A stretch of DNA of 64,000 nucleotides, taken from contig CAVNZM010000006.1 in NCBI GenBank assembly GCA_963693365.1, positions 9,985,355 through 10,049,354 of the forward strand, given 5' to 3'. The position numbers were made by a program, and so were the translations under genes. The notes under the pieces were generated by a model, which saw only the letters and a list, made by a program, of their open reading frames with translations, did no database searches and was not told where the DNA came from. This stretch comes from Amoebidium appalachense (taxonomy: Eukaryota > Protista > Ichthyosporea). Below are positions 1 through 27,355 of this stretch, one piece after another. Each line of letters begins with the position of its first letter. The first letter of the stretch is position 1.

Positions 1-14633
<14,633 letters not shown>

Positions 14634-15426
14634 GGTGGTTGGTCCAAGTTAGCAAAACACAGCCCGTGGTGAAAGTGTGTACGGCCCTGAATAAGGACAG
14701 TCATACATCACACAAGCACTTCCAGCCTTTACCCCTCCTCCAAAACCTTCATATACACTCTCTCCACAAGTTCCAGCAAGTAGCCGGGTCATGTAAAGAC
14801 CAACCTCAACAAAACGCCTTGTCTAAACCCGAACTTCCCCCACGTTCCCCATCTCACCAAGTCAAGTGTGATGATGGTGCCCCTTTTGCCTCCGTATATA
14901 CTCGGCTCACTCTATGTGAGCCATGAGGTGTGCCAATCAAAATGCAAGAAAGTATTGATGCCATTTTGATTGGCTCTGACGAAGAGATTGATCTTTGACT
15001 CGGAATTGCTCGGGTCGGTTCGGGTCGGATATTCGGACTGGACCATATATATGCGGAGTGGGTGGGGGTGGGCGGGTGCAGAGACCAAAAGGTAAAGCGA
15101 GAGAGAGAGAGAAAGTGAGCTAGAGACACCAAACGAAGGTGTGAAGGGAGAGAAAGAGGATCAGGGGCTAAGTAGAGTGGGGCATAGAGCATTTTAAGGG
15201 GTATACTGTTGCTACTGTACACTGGCGTTCATAATTTGCTTCTTGAAGGCATTTTCTGTATAAACACGAAGGAATTTCTACCAGCACTTTCTTCTCTGGT
15301 ATTTCCTCTCGGTGCTTTTGAACATAGCGTCTACTCGAGGCACATTCCATTAGCTCACACCTGCGCACGCACGCAGGACACCCACTGGGACGGCCAGGGC
15401 CTGCACCGTAACAACACACAGACACC
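14634..15426. promoter_or_regulatory. Putative bidirectional promoter region between divergent lipin and NDUFA8
   Basis: Head-to-head start codons ~800 bp apart; region lacks long microsatellites. Inferred from gene arrangement only. Confidence 0.5.
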
Positions 15427-16218
15427 ATGGCAGACCAGCTGGCCACCCAGGAGGTCGACGCCACGTCCGGTACGTGGCTGTGTTTCACTTTTTGTCCGTA
15501 TACATGTCGTTGTGAGTGTGCTCAGTGCAAGCACACGAGCGTGCCCGCACACGCGCACATACACGTACACATGGGCTTGCACGCACACATGTGCAGGCTT
15601 GTACACGTACAAGTATAGAACCACAAGCAAGCTTATACACAAGGATCACGCGCAACCACACACACACACCCAGGACCATAAGTGCATGCACACACGTACG
15701 CATCTTGCACACACCAAACCAAATTGTACATAATGATATACACCACAACACACAAAAAACACGTCACTCACCACACACCCAACCACAAGGAGCACGCATA
15801 AGCACCGGTATAGAAGCAGCAAAGTGTTTGCACGTGCGCTCCGACCCATTCACGCAGTGGAATGGTAACCAAACTCTTGCACATGCACTTACACCTATTG
15901 AAACAGGTACATGCTTGCATATATGCAGACACAAGAGATGTGTGCAGGAGCTTACGGACGTGCACCGTTACATTTCACACCAGACCACATGAAAAACACC
16001 TGCAGACACGTGCTATTTCACGCACACGCACACGCACAAACCGTAGACGCACAGTTGAGTTCTGGCACATCCGCACATGTTATCCTTGTGAATCCGAAAG
16101 GCCCTTACTAACCATCCTTGAAGCTTTCCTTGTGCATGCCTGCACACATAAGGGGGAGGGTGTTTGCTTGTGCGCGTGCACGGGTGTGCATGCTTTATGG
16201 CGTGTGTGTGTGTGTGTG

Positions 16219-16252
<34 letters not shown>

Positions 16253-17196
16253 GTGTGCTCGAGCTTCCGTTGTGTCGAGCACACATCTATGTTTATTGAA
16301 AAAACGAGTGTGGATGTGGGTTAGGTAACAATGGGTGACAAACATGCACACATCCAGCCACATTCGCGCACAAACAAGAAGAGACCTGCCCACGGCGCAC
16401 ACACACAACGCTATATCACACCCATGCACACATTCATGCACATACACACACGTCCGTAGGTGGGTGTACCCATGTACACACAAATAGACAGGAAATAGAG
16501 CGAATAGAGCGAATAAACTGCACGAGCACACATACATGTACACACTGAAGAGGCATATGCTTCCAAGTGATATTTTCTATGCGACAGAATAAGCCGTTTA
16601 CTTCTTTTGGCATTGTGGTTGCAAAGTTGACGTTCATACAATCTAGGAGGGGAGGAGGGGGGAAGCCCAAGGTCTTTGCATGTTGATTTTTTTTCCACCC
16701 CACTTGGTTGCTGGACCATGTGACTTGTATTTATGAGCGTCCTGTGTCAGTGTGTGTAGCGGGTGGATGTCTGCCTGGATGTGTGGCTTGGATTCCTGGT
16801 CCTTCATTTTGTATCTCGTTTGATGCATGTGTGGATGTGTATGTGCACAATTGCTGTCCGGGTGCTCTATCAGTGTGTGTGCGCATACAGTGTCTGTTTG
16901 TTTCTCTTTTTCTCTCGTTGGCCCCCCTCGGAGAATTGACTCTACTTGGCACACTCTTGTGTGGTCGTATTGCATATGTGCACTGTGTTTGTCCGTCCTA
17001 CCGTGAAATACACATACCCGGATACATCGTTCTTTGTAACAAACACTTACCCCCCCCCCCCCCCCCCCCTTCCCCCCCTTCCCCTGCATTGTGTTGCCTG
17101 TCATGATGTGTACTGAGTAGTCCATGACACATTCTACCCCCTCCCTCCCCTCTCCCTCCCCCCTCCCCCCCCCCCAAACATACACACATGTGCGCG

Positions 17197-17251
<55 letters not shown>

Positions 17252-17982
17252 TTACTTCCTCACACAAACATACATATCACGCCCCAAGTTGCATGCTTTT
17301 TGTGTGCTCACTTATGCATACTGTTCTATGTCCTGTACCGTGTTTTTGCTCGAGGTATTGCAGTGTGCTCACTGTGTGTCGCCCTTTCCTCCATCCTGTC
17401 CCTCCCTTCTCTCTCTCTTCCTCTCTCTCTCCCCCCTCCCCCCCCCCCCCCCCCCCCCCTCAAATGCCCATGGCGTCACACTCATGCCCATCTCCCCTTC
17501 CTTTCCCCTTCGTATCTGTTCAAGCCTCCCTCGTCCGTTCTAGCCCCTTCTTCTTTCTCTTGCGTATGCGTTCTCTCTGTTGCTTTTCTGACATAGGTGG
17601 TCGTTCCTTCCCTATTTGTATTTGCCATGTTTGCCCCTTACACTCGCCCCCACATATCCTTGTTTCTACTCAATCATGAGATGTATGATGTCCTGCATGC
17701 ATCTTGCCTCTAGTTTTGTTTTCGACCACCTTTCCTCTCCATGTTCTCTCTTGGTACTAAAATACACACACATAAGGGCATGCACACACAGGTCCACTAC
17801 TCATTCATTTTCCCAATGTCTCTCTCACAAATGATATAACTTTCACACTGATCCCGTACACTTCCAAACATTCACTCCCTTCCCCTCAGCCCCCCTCCCC
17901 GGGCTCTGCTTGTTATTCATACTCTGTGTGGTGTGCACTCTGCATCGTGTTGCCCGTTGTTTATGTGTACTTCGTACTTTTC

Positions 17983-18030
<48 letters not shown>

Positions 18031-18348
18031 AGCATGGGCTTTGCTTTTGATGCATACTCCTGGTGTATGCTTTGCGAGATCTGCATTGTGTTTTCCGTCG
18101 TGAATGAATGGTGATGGTGGTGGTGTTTGCTGTCCCTTGTATCAGGGCACTGATTGGTGGGCACTAGCCGTCCTGCTTGCCGGGGCCCGGCACTACGGGC
18201 AGTACTGCAAGGAGCAGAACGACACATTCATGGCCTGCCGCTTCGCCGGCAAGGACCCCGAAAAGTGCGTGGAGGAGGGCAAGAAGGTCACTGCATGCGC
18301 CCTGCAATTGTGAGTGTTCACTTTTCCCCCTTCTCCTCCCCCCCCCCC

Positions 18349-18418
<70 letters not shown>

Positions 18419-18872
18419 ACACCCCCACCCCTCCCTGCCCTCTATACACACCCACAACCCCACACAAAAACACACACACATGCGCGCGCACACACACACA
18501 CACAAGCAAGCACACACACGCGCGCGCGCGCGCACGGACAGACAGACACACAATAGCCTCTACTTGGGTGGTTCCCTGGAAAGTACAAGAGGCCTTGTGC
18601 CATCGACGCGCTGACATGTGCACACGTGTGCCGGTGTTTGGTGTGCTGACCGTATGGGGGGTACAGTTTCAAGCTGCTGCGGCAGAACTGCAACACGGAG
18701 TTCACCAAGCACTGGGAGTGCCTCGAATACAACAACCAGGAGAGCTCCCGCTGCCGTGACACCCAGCTGCCGTTCGATGTGTGCATGTGGACTAAGCTGG
18801 TACGCACCAACAACCACCATACACACACCAGCAGCAGCAGCCACAGACACACACAGGCGCGCGTGCACACTC

Positions 18873-18966
<94 letters not shown>

Positions 18967-19062
18967 GCACACACACACGCATGCACACACAACACCACCA
19001 CCACCACCAACCAACCCACACACGTGCACACATGCACGATTACGCTTGCTCGCATGCATGAC

Positions 19063-19143
<81 letters not shown>

Positions 19144-19624
19144 ACTCATACGTACTCATACGTACTCGCACGTGCTCACACGTACTCACATGCCCACTTC
19201 CCACTCCCCACACACTCACGAAAGCTTGCACGCACCCACACGCATACTATACGCACGCGCGGCGGCGCGCACGCACATATACGCACGCGCGGCGGCGCGC
19301 ACGCACACACGCACCCACACACACACACACACATACAGACACACACACTGAGGGAGCCAGAACGAAAGAGAGTGGGGAGGGGGGGGGGGAGGGAGGGACG
19401 AAAGAGGAAACGGAGAGGGAGAGGGGGAGATGCAATTATGATACACACACGTTTCCTGACATCAACGCTATCCTACTCCATATCCTTCTCCACCAACAAA
19501 GCTGACACGGCATCTGTCGTTCTTGCCTGCTCTGGTCATACTTGCATGCGCCTTCCTGTGTCGAAGCATGAGCATTCACATGTCCGCACTCCCCCCCCCC
19601 CCCCCCCCCCCCCCCCCTCCCCCT

Positions 19625-19693
<69 letters not shown>

Positions 19694-19965
19694 GCTGCAA
19701 CACATGGATGCTGTTGCTGCCACTTGTTCAGTAGATGCATGCACAGTGCACAGAATACATACTGGATTGGGCACATGGTCTCCTCTTTGCCTGTGTCTGT
19801 GTAGACTAGCTTGGTATGCTATGCCCAGATATCCACGCGAGTGCGGGCCCCGGGTGGGTGGGTTTTGCTTGTAGCACAGATTAGGGTAAACGGTGGCAGC
19901 ATTTTGATGCGATCTCCCCACAGAAACTGGACGGTGATTACAGACGAATTCTCGGAAGCGAATAG
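15427..19965 (+). CDS. NDUFA8: NADH:ubiquinone oxidoreductase subunit A8 (CX9C intermembrane-space subunit), 4 exons
   Basis: Exons 15427-15469, 18168-18309, 18667-18799 and 19924-19965 splice in frame: [119 protein letters not shown]. It has 8 Cys in CX9C pairs and the DPxxCxxEGxxV motif. Confidence 0.93.
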
Positions 19966-20700
19966 AGCCCAGATAGCAAGGACAAGCAGGACGTAATAAA
20001 AGCGATGGAGGCTTGAGGCCTCTGGCGTACATTTAAATTTGCACACATCCGTATGCGCGCAATGCGCTATGCATCATGCCACGTGTACGAACATGCAGTG
20101 GTTATCCACTCTATAATCCACATGCATGCGCAATTATAGGCAGCTCTGCTGTAGCGGATTGACAGCTGGACGAGTGTGCATACACGTGCACATGCTGGTG
20201 TGGTGTGCGCAAGTACGCTGTGGTTGACTGGAGATCTCACCCAAGGAATTAGGGAGCGTGAATGTGGGGCCAGGTTTTCATGCTTTGCAGAGCCGTGATT
20301 GTTTGTATATATGCAGACTTACTTCGGCCTCACTCGTGCATGGGAGCGAGCACGTGTTTGTATGTACTATGGTGCTTGGGCCGGGCCCCATGCACGTAAA
20401 TTTATGCATGCATGTACAGGCCATGTAATGCATTTGATCGACTACATGATGGCCACCTGCACTTAGTCTAACAAATAGCAGCTCAGCGGCACTTTGAAGG
20501 GTTTTGAAAAAATTGCAAATTTGACACCGCTACCAGCACAGTGGCACACTTGCATGTTAACATGCATGTACGTTTCCTTGGCGCCGTTCGTGCCATTGGC
20601 CAAACGGGGTGGCTTATAATGGTCGTCCGGTGCACACTAGTATTCACTGGGGCGCGCACACGCACACACAACAGACACCGAGAGGTTAAGAGACGGACAG

Positions 20701-20734
<34 letters not shown>

Positions 20735-20736
<2 letters not shown>

Positions 20737-20938
20737 GAATGCGTCAAAAAGTACGAAGTACAAGAACAAACGGATAACACGATGCAGAATGCAAGCCATA
20801 CATATGCATAATAAGCAGAGCCCATCCTCAGGGGGGGCCCAAGTTATCCACAGTACCCGAGTTTCGACCTATTCAGCTCGTTAACGAAACCCAACTCAGA
20901 TACTATTTCACTTGAACATGGGTAGGTCACCCGTCTTG
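20735..20938 (-). mobile_element. Dispersed ~200-bp repeat, copy A (non-autonomous, SINE-like; poly(C) at 3' end in this orientation)
   Basis: Near-identical to 40469-40682 and to the reverse complement of 51757-51950. Confidence 0.8.
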
Positions 20939-21484
20939 GGGGATGTATGTGTTAGAGGGTTGGAAATATGGAGGAGACAACAAAGAGCAACAACAAAGCG
21001 TCACAAAGTGGGAACCCCAAAATCAAACACATGTTATGCATGGAAGGTTGCATGGATGGGTTGTCGTACAAAGTTTAAGGCTTGCGTCCATTATCCGTAA
21101 ACTTGCACCCAAGGAACAAAAATAAAATAAAATAAAAAATGCATATCTAAACAAAAGAGAATACACGAGGAAATGAAGCAGACCACATGGGCACACACCC
21201 GAAACACCCTGCATGGCAAAGTAGCAACCGGCACCCCGTGTGCCAGCACCATGAGCACGTGCACACAAAACATCAAAAGCACAACAAGCACATGTAAAGC
21301 CCACCAGCATGCCCTGCTGCCTCCGGCTTTCCACGCTCGAGCGAATGTGTGGGGAAATAGGCACGGGTGGTAAAAAGACTGGCCGACACACTATGCCGGC
21401 TTTAATCATTCGCATGATGGGGGCGCACACGTGGGGTGGGAGGCCACACCACAGCTGCAGCCTATGTACAGCGGGCGTGTTTAT

Positions 21485-24400
21485 TTACTTGCCCAGGATG
21501 ATACCGTCGTACTTGCTCTGGAACCACTTGATGGTCTCGTCGCGCGTAACCCGGTGGGGCCGGCCAATGCGTGCCTGCTTGCGCTTGCGCTTGGCAATGG
21601 AGAAGCCGGGGCGGGACATGACCACGTAGAAGTCCATGCCGTAGATACCGATCGAGGGGTCGTACTTGATCCCGAGATCGATGTGCTCCTGAATGCCAAA
21701 CCCGAAGTTGCCGGTCTCGGAGAAGTTGCGCCTCTTCAGCTCGTACTCCTTGACCTGCACGTGCCACGGCCCCCGTGTGTCAGCACAAACCATGTGTAAA
21801 CAGCAAGGCATAGAAAACAAAAACTTGAAAGGTGGCAGGATATACCACTTTGAGGCACCTTTATGGAGCGTGTGATAATCCGGAATGAAATGCTGCCATG
21901 ATCGATGATTGTTTCGACTCCAAACGTCGTACTCACTCGACCGAATGGAAGGTGTGGAGAAACGGGACATCGGCAATTTCTTATCCCTATATTTCCCGTC
22001 ATCAGTATTCCCATATCTACTCAATCACTTCAATAATCTCGAACACGGTCCCTGATTCGAACAAGAATTTGTCTTTGTACCTACACGCAGTTACTGCAAT
22101 ACCGGTCATATTTGACCGATTTTCCTTTTCAATGTTGCATGTTCCTCCGCGCAAACACAAGACCCTGGCCGTCTGTTCCACCGACCGTGTAGACCCGTAA
22201 AAGGCATGCCAGCTTCCACAAAGTTCATGACACGATTCTCCAAACACATCCCCTGTTCGACACAGTGTGACCGTGGATTGCTGATTGGTCATCTATCTGT
22301 TCTCTTCTACCGTAACCATAGATATTGGGTAGAGAGCTGCCCTTCACACACCATCACGAGCACACACGTAGACCTCCACTCAACGCTCTCCACCCTCCCC
22401 CACCAATCACCACCACATGCGTGTGCACATCACCACTAGTACCACCAAACCACCCCCCACACACACACCCGTACACACAAGCATCATTCCAACCCAGCCC
22501 AAAGAGATGCCTTAGACATGCATGCTATCACCCAACCCAAGTGCATTAAAACCAACATACATGCACGCATCAAGTCTAGCGCACACACATGCAGGAACAC
22601 GCACGGGCCCCTGAGCACTCCGCCCATGCGGCCACAGAACACAACGGTTACATGCACATGCATTGTCAAACGTACAGGCATCCACCAACGACATCTCTCT
22701 TGGTAAGGCATACAAGAGCACAGGCTGTACCTATGTGCATGCATGGAGGGCCTCTATTCCTACGCACCTAAACACCGTCATGCTGTGCAGTGACAAGCGT
22801 GAATGCGTGGCAACAGTAATCACGGATACAGAGAAGCATGAACTAGCACTTGCGGTTACAGCATCACTTACACGAAAAGCCTGGGTTCATGCACAGGCAG
22901 CACATATGTCCGGGTCTATCAGCCGAAAGATGGTGATAAAATGTATAATCACGGATGATCATACAAAATGGTTGTGCATCATCTAGACCCGGGTATGCTT
23001 CTGCTTGCAGCAATACCCCCCCCCCCCCCCCCCCCGGACACACCATACACATACAACATGCCGCCACAGATAGCACACCCCACGCACCTTCAGGCCACGC
23101 TCCAGAAGCTCCTCGGCCTTGGGGCCGCGGACGGTGCAGTGGACGGAGATCTTTTCATTACGGCGGATGCTGAAAGAGCGGATGGTGTAACGGGCTGTGG
23201 TACAGTACACCGTCAGTGCTCGGCTCCAAGAGTATCAAACCCCACATAGATATACCGTGGTACCTCAGTCGAAAGATGGTGATAAGGTTGATTCAGCACA
23301 GCAGTTGCTCAGCCTTGTGGTTGTGCATCAGGGGTACCAAGCGCCAGTAACATGGTTAAAGCATACGGTTCTAGCACTTACCCTTGGAGTAGACGGGGGT
23401 CTGGCCAGTCAGGGACTCGAGCACCTTAGCGGCACGGGTGAGCCTGTCACCGCTCTCGCCAACGCAAATGTTCAGGCAGAGCTTCTGGATCCGAAGCTCC
23501 TTCATAAGGTTGGACTTCTGTTCCTCCTGCAAACACCCAACCCGTTTAGAAGAGCACCTATTGCACTTTGGTGGGTGAAGTGAGTGGATTGGTTTGCTGA
23601 ACGTAACGTTCGTGGGTGTGCTGGAAAAAGAGACCTTGCTTTGCACGCATACTATTTGAAAACTGTCTAAACATCATTTACAACAATTATGCTGTAAAGC
23701 AGCGTTGAACCCAACTATGTAGATCTACTCGGGATTCGTTTCTGCCAGTATATGAAAGAGAGGGAGTCTGATTGGAGCATGGAAAGGTGGCAGCCGAAAA
23801 CTTATGGCAATTATACTCTGCCAAGCTCGTTCCACCCAAAACGCGCAGCCGTCCGTTCTCCCAGTTATTTCGGTAACCGAAGTGTCGTGATTGAATTGCA
23901 CGTAAAAGCTGCACTAGGTGAGTGGAGGGTGCGCTCAAAACGAAGACGCTGTGGATCCGGCAAACTCCTGTCGATCTACCAAAGACTCGTGCTGCTGACC
24001 TGCCAAGCACGATGTAACGGATCCGAACGACCCACTCCTGCATAAATACGTGCATGTGTGCTCGAGCACGTATGCTACAGTGCATTCGTCACCTGAGATT
24101 GCATGCCGCTGGAGTAACTTGGGTAACAATTATTCCCGTGTAACCGAAACACCGGGAATCCCTATAAGCTCAAGAGCCAAAATATAACCTCCGTCGCGTC
24201 AAAAATATCCCCCCTAAATCCCATCGATCTCGTGTTCCATCATCCATCATGATCTACCAAACCCCATCAAGCTGCCCTCTGGTAGGTCGGTCGGTGTCCA
24301 TGGCGCCGCTCGCAAACCTGCCAAACAGTCCCGTGTGTCTCTGAGAGCGTCAACACGGCACGAGGCGTACGGATGAATCGGATACATAGGGATGCTGCCT

Positions 24401-24623
24401 GATGCCTGTATTTATTTCCTGGTCTTTGTCTACGGCTGTGATCCTATCCTAATATCTGTCATCAGGTGAAGTCGGTAGGGCGTCCGGCTGTATCGTCGTC
24501 GCATCCACCGAAAAAAATGCTGCATCGATGGTCACTCATCCAACACTACATGATGCTACCATCACTATATTGAATTTCTAAAAATTCGTCTCCCTCCCAG
24601 CCAGAGAGGAGACTTACGGCCAT
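21485..24623 (-). CDS. RPL11: 60S ribosomal protein L11 (uL5), 4 exons
   Basis: Exons 24618-24623 (MA|gtaagt), 23382-23526 ([37 protein letters not shown]...), 23088-23194 ([36 protein letters not shown]) and 21485-21754 ([42 protein letters not shown]...KYDGIILGK*). All splice in frame. Confidence 0.98.
22040..22292 (-). pseudogene. Degenerate nuclear-receptor-like C4 zinc-finger (DBD) relic inside RPL11 intron 3
   Basis: Frame reads LCRTGD..FG.SC..C...FY...RSVEQ....[16 protein letters not shown]...ACRYK.KFL.ESG. Removing small insertions recovers VMTCEAC and CRYCR. Recognised by eye; no search was run. Confidence 0.4.
22910..22992 (-). ncRNA. Intronic box C/D snoRNA, snR39/snR59 (U32/U51)-like, predicted guide for LSU rRNA Am807 (yeast numbering)
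   Basis: 9-bp terminal stem ccgggtcta/tagacccgg; box C-like ATGATGC; box D CTGA (22919-22922) directly preceded by TCACCATCTTTCGG, complementary to conserved LSU rRNA CCGAAAGAUGGUGA. The D+5 rule points to the second A after the G805 equivalent. Confidence 0.85.
23258..23339 (-). ncRNA. Second intronic box C/D snoRNA (paralog), same LSU target, in RPL11 intron 2
   Basis: Terminal stem tggtacc/ggtacca; box C-like CTGATGC; D' CTGA (23309-23312); guide TCACCATCTTTCG; box D CTGA (23265-23268). Confidence 0.83.
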
Positions 24624-24966
24624 GGTTGATTCCGGGGCCACACGGCTGGGAATGAAAGAGACGAGCCTCAAGGAAAGCAATCGTTTTTCAGTCACACAGA
24701 AACTGGGAGACTGGCTGCCCGCCAGCCGCCGGACTTGCGCAAATTTTGCAACAAACTGTGTATGCTTTATCCAAACTATTTAAGTACTTTGGTTGGCTAA
24801 AACAATTTATTTGATTTTTGAAACTTGAAAAATCAGGTAGATTGCGTAAGATCTTTGCTCAACAATGATTGGCTTATTTTATCACAGGAATCTGAGCTTC
24901 CGGCAGGCGGCCGGCACCCGCCCCAATTGCAAGACTCGAGGGAGGGCCCCCCAAAAGAAAAAAACA

Positions 24967-25169
24967 CTACATCCGATACACTATAGTGTACACATATCTC
25001 TACATGTGACATAAATCTGTCAATGTCGTTATATAATTCTGTACCTTTTAGTAGGAAGAACTGATGGCTACATCCGATACACTATAGTGTACACATATCT
25101 CTACATGTGACATAAATCTGTCAATGTCGTTATATAATTCTGTACCTTTTAGTAGGAAGAACTGATGGC
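24967..25169. repeat. Perfect 101-bp tandem duplication upstream of RPL11
   Basis: Units start at 24967 and 25068 and appear identical on reading; each contains the palindrome tacactatagtgta. Confidence 0.92.
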
Positions 25170-25261
25170 CTGATACTGTATCATGCACTGAGAATTCAGT
25201 GAATATCCTCCCCGCGCGATTGGATCCCCCCCCCCCCCCCCCCCCCCCTGGGCCCCAAGTA

Positions 25262-25313
<52 letters not shown>

Positions 25314-25575
25314 TCTTTCTCACTCCAGCCTGCCAGCGGAAGCCAGATGCCTAAAAGCTTGAAAAAGCGTGCTTTCTTCAAGTAAAATGCGTATCCCACT
25401 GTCCAATATTATTCACTTCAATCTCCGACATTCGCCCCAAGCTCGGTGGGTAGCCTAGTTTGTAAGCTATGTGCGATTAGCGCTATTGGTGCAGGGCGAG
25501 CAGTGGGGAATGTCCCCTATGTTTTCCCGATGGCCAATCAAACCCAAGTTTAAATGTAGCTTACTGTACAACGGG

Positions 25576-25610
25576 TATAAAGCACAACCCTCCTGGGCCG
25601 TGGTATAAAG
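25576..25610 (+). promoter_or_regulatory. Two TATA-box-like motifs (GGTATAAAG) upstream of the Cys-rich secreted gene
   Basis: TATAAAG at 25576 and 25604. Confidence 0.4.
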
Positions 25611-25949
25611 TCGGGAGTTTGCGTGCCGTTTCCTCAGTTAGCAGAGGTTCAAGTAATCAAGAACAAGCCTTAAGTTTCCAGCCGGGTATGCCATCCCCTT
25701 CTAATATTAATAACATATTTTGGATCTGAATCATTATTAATACCCTTCTTCTCCTGTCTGTAAATTTGCTTAATTATTATTTTCCCGGCTCAGCCTTCCA
25801 GTGTCTGCACCGTGCTAACATTTCTGAAACCGAGTCGACCTCTTCCAGCTTCCCATTGCAACTTGCTTCTTGCAACCTCTCACGATTCAAATTTATCTCG
25901 AACCTCGCTCGCCACAGTCCCTCTCACGCAAATCCAGCCACCAGCAAAC

Positions 25950-26399
25950 ATGAATCTGCACACCCTCGCCACCTTGGCTCTGGCTAGCACAGCCGCAGCA
26001 GTAGCGGCACCGTCTGCTTCTTCTACCCCAGCGATTGGCGCCCCAAAAATCTGTTTATACAACACAGCAACATGCCGCCCACGAAACCCCACTGGGGAAA
26101 ACTGTTTCAGCGTGGTGCTCAGCAAGTGCACGCCCACGTCCACAACATCACTTCTGCCCGAGGGGTTGTCCTACATAGCAACGAAGAAGGGCGCCGTCTA
26201 CACGGCCGAGCTGTTCCTTGGCGAGGCCTGTGGGATTCCCATTCCGGGGACTCAGAAAACAGCAAAGGCCAAGCAGTGCACACTACTGGGCCTCCCAGCA
26301 GGCATGAAGATTGGTAGCGGCGCCAACACCTTTGAGAGTGATGTGCACTTCGAGGTGCTTCCTGCCCCTAAAAAGCCGGCAAGTAAGCCGTCGTCCTGA
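25950..26399 (+). CDS. Intronless small secreted protein (149 aa, 6 Cys), unknown family
   Basis: ATG at 25950 in aaacATG context; hydrophobic signal peptide MNLHTLATLALASTAAAVAA; complex sequence with six Cys; stop at 26399. Confidence 0.75.
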   Translation: MNLHTLATLALASTAAAVAAPSASSTPAIGAPKICLYNTATCRPRNPTGENCFSVVLSKCTPTSTTSLLPEGLSYIATKKGAVYTAELFLGEACGIPIPGTQKTAKAKQCTLLGLPAGMKIGSGANTFESDVHFEVLPAPKKPASKPSS

Positions 26400-27355
26400 A
26401 GCCCAACGGCTACAACACTTTCGGTCACTTACGGTACTGAGTCCCCCGTGGAAAAAAAGTCACTTATTACGTTTGTAATGTCCAACCATGCTTTTCGCTA
26501 ATTGTATGCATGCAACTTAATTGTTAACTGCACGCTTTTCGATGCATTCGGACGTGACTGCAGACTTGAAGATACATTTATCATCATAATATTACGACAA
26601 CTTTGCCCAAACTTAGTAAAATCAAGGGCTCCCGGGCTTTTTATCCATGTGGATACTTCATACTCCACAAACACTATGAAAGCATGATATCCGCCAGACT
26701 GTGCTATAATAGAGCTGCCGCCACCTGCCCCCATCAGATAGGTGCGTTAAATTAGAAAATAAAAACAACCATGGGTGCATCATTTGTTGTAATTTATCGA
26801 ATCACCGTATCTGGCTGGTCCGACGGTGATCTGTTGGGCTTTCACACACACACGCACGCACAACACGCACACACACGCACACACACGCACGCACACACGC
26901 ACACACGCACACACGCACACACACACACACACACGACTTACACGACTTACACGAACTGGACACTGTGAGATGATAGTATGAGCCACACGACTGTTCCGGC
27001 ACACTGTGCCGTATCAGCTTGTACTTGCACAGTAAACCTGTCCCTTTACTGCTTTCTACTCCAGCCTCTTGGGCCCAGGATAGGACACGCCATGTCCAAC
27101 ACCACGGCCTACGAACAAAATATCCACCCAACCGTAAGAAACACATCTGATTCTGAATATTATCATCACGTGCACGATCAAACGCAAAAAAAGGTCACAA
27201 TCACATTTACTGTGATGAGGGAGAAAACAGTATTTCTTGTGAATGTACATGTTGCTTTGAGCTGCAAATTGTTGAGAAAAGAGAATATCCTTTTGGATTA
27301 CATGTGCGCTACCGTGCATTATGGTAAAAGCATCTCCATTGATCAAATTTTCATC

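Noticed and set aside
21765-21777. cacggcccccgtg mini-palindrome (also cacggc...gccgtg near 41823) resembling the CACGGCC elements
   Set aside because: Short arms and no flanking direct repeat; the first is part of the RPL11 3' splice region.
22650-22880. Hairpins and an ACA motif suggesting an H/ACA snoRNA in RPL11 intron 3 (similar candidate at ~23690-23830)
   Set aside because: No convincing ANANNA H box or rRNA target found by eye; would need snoGPS/Infernal.
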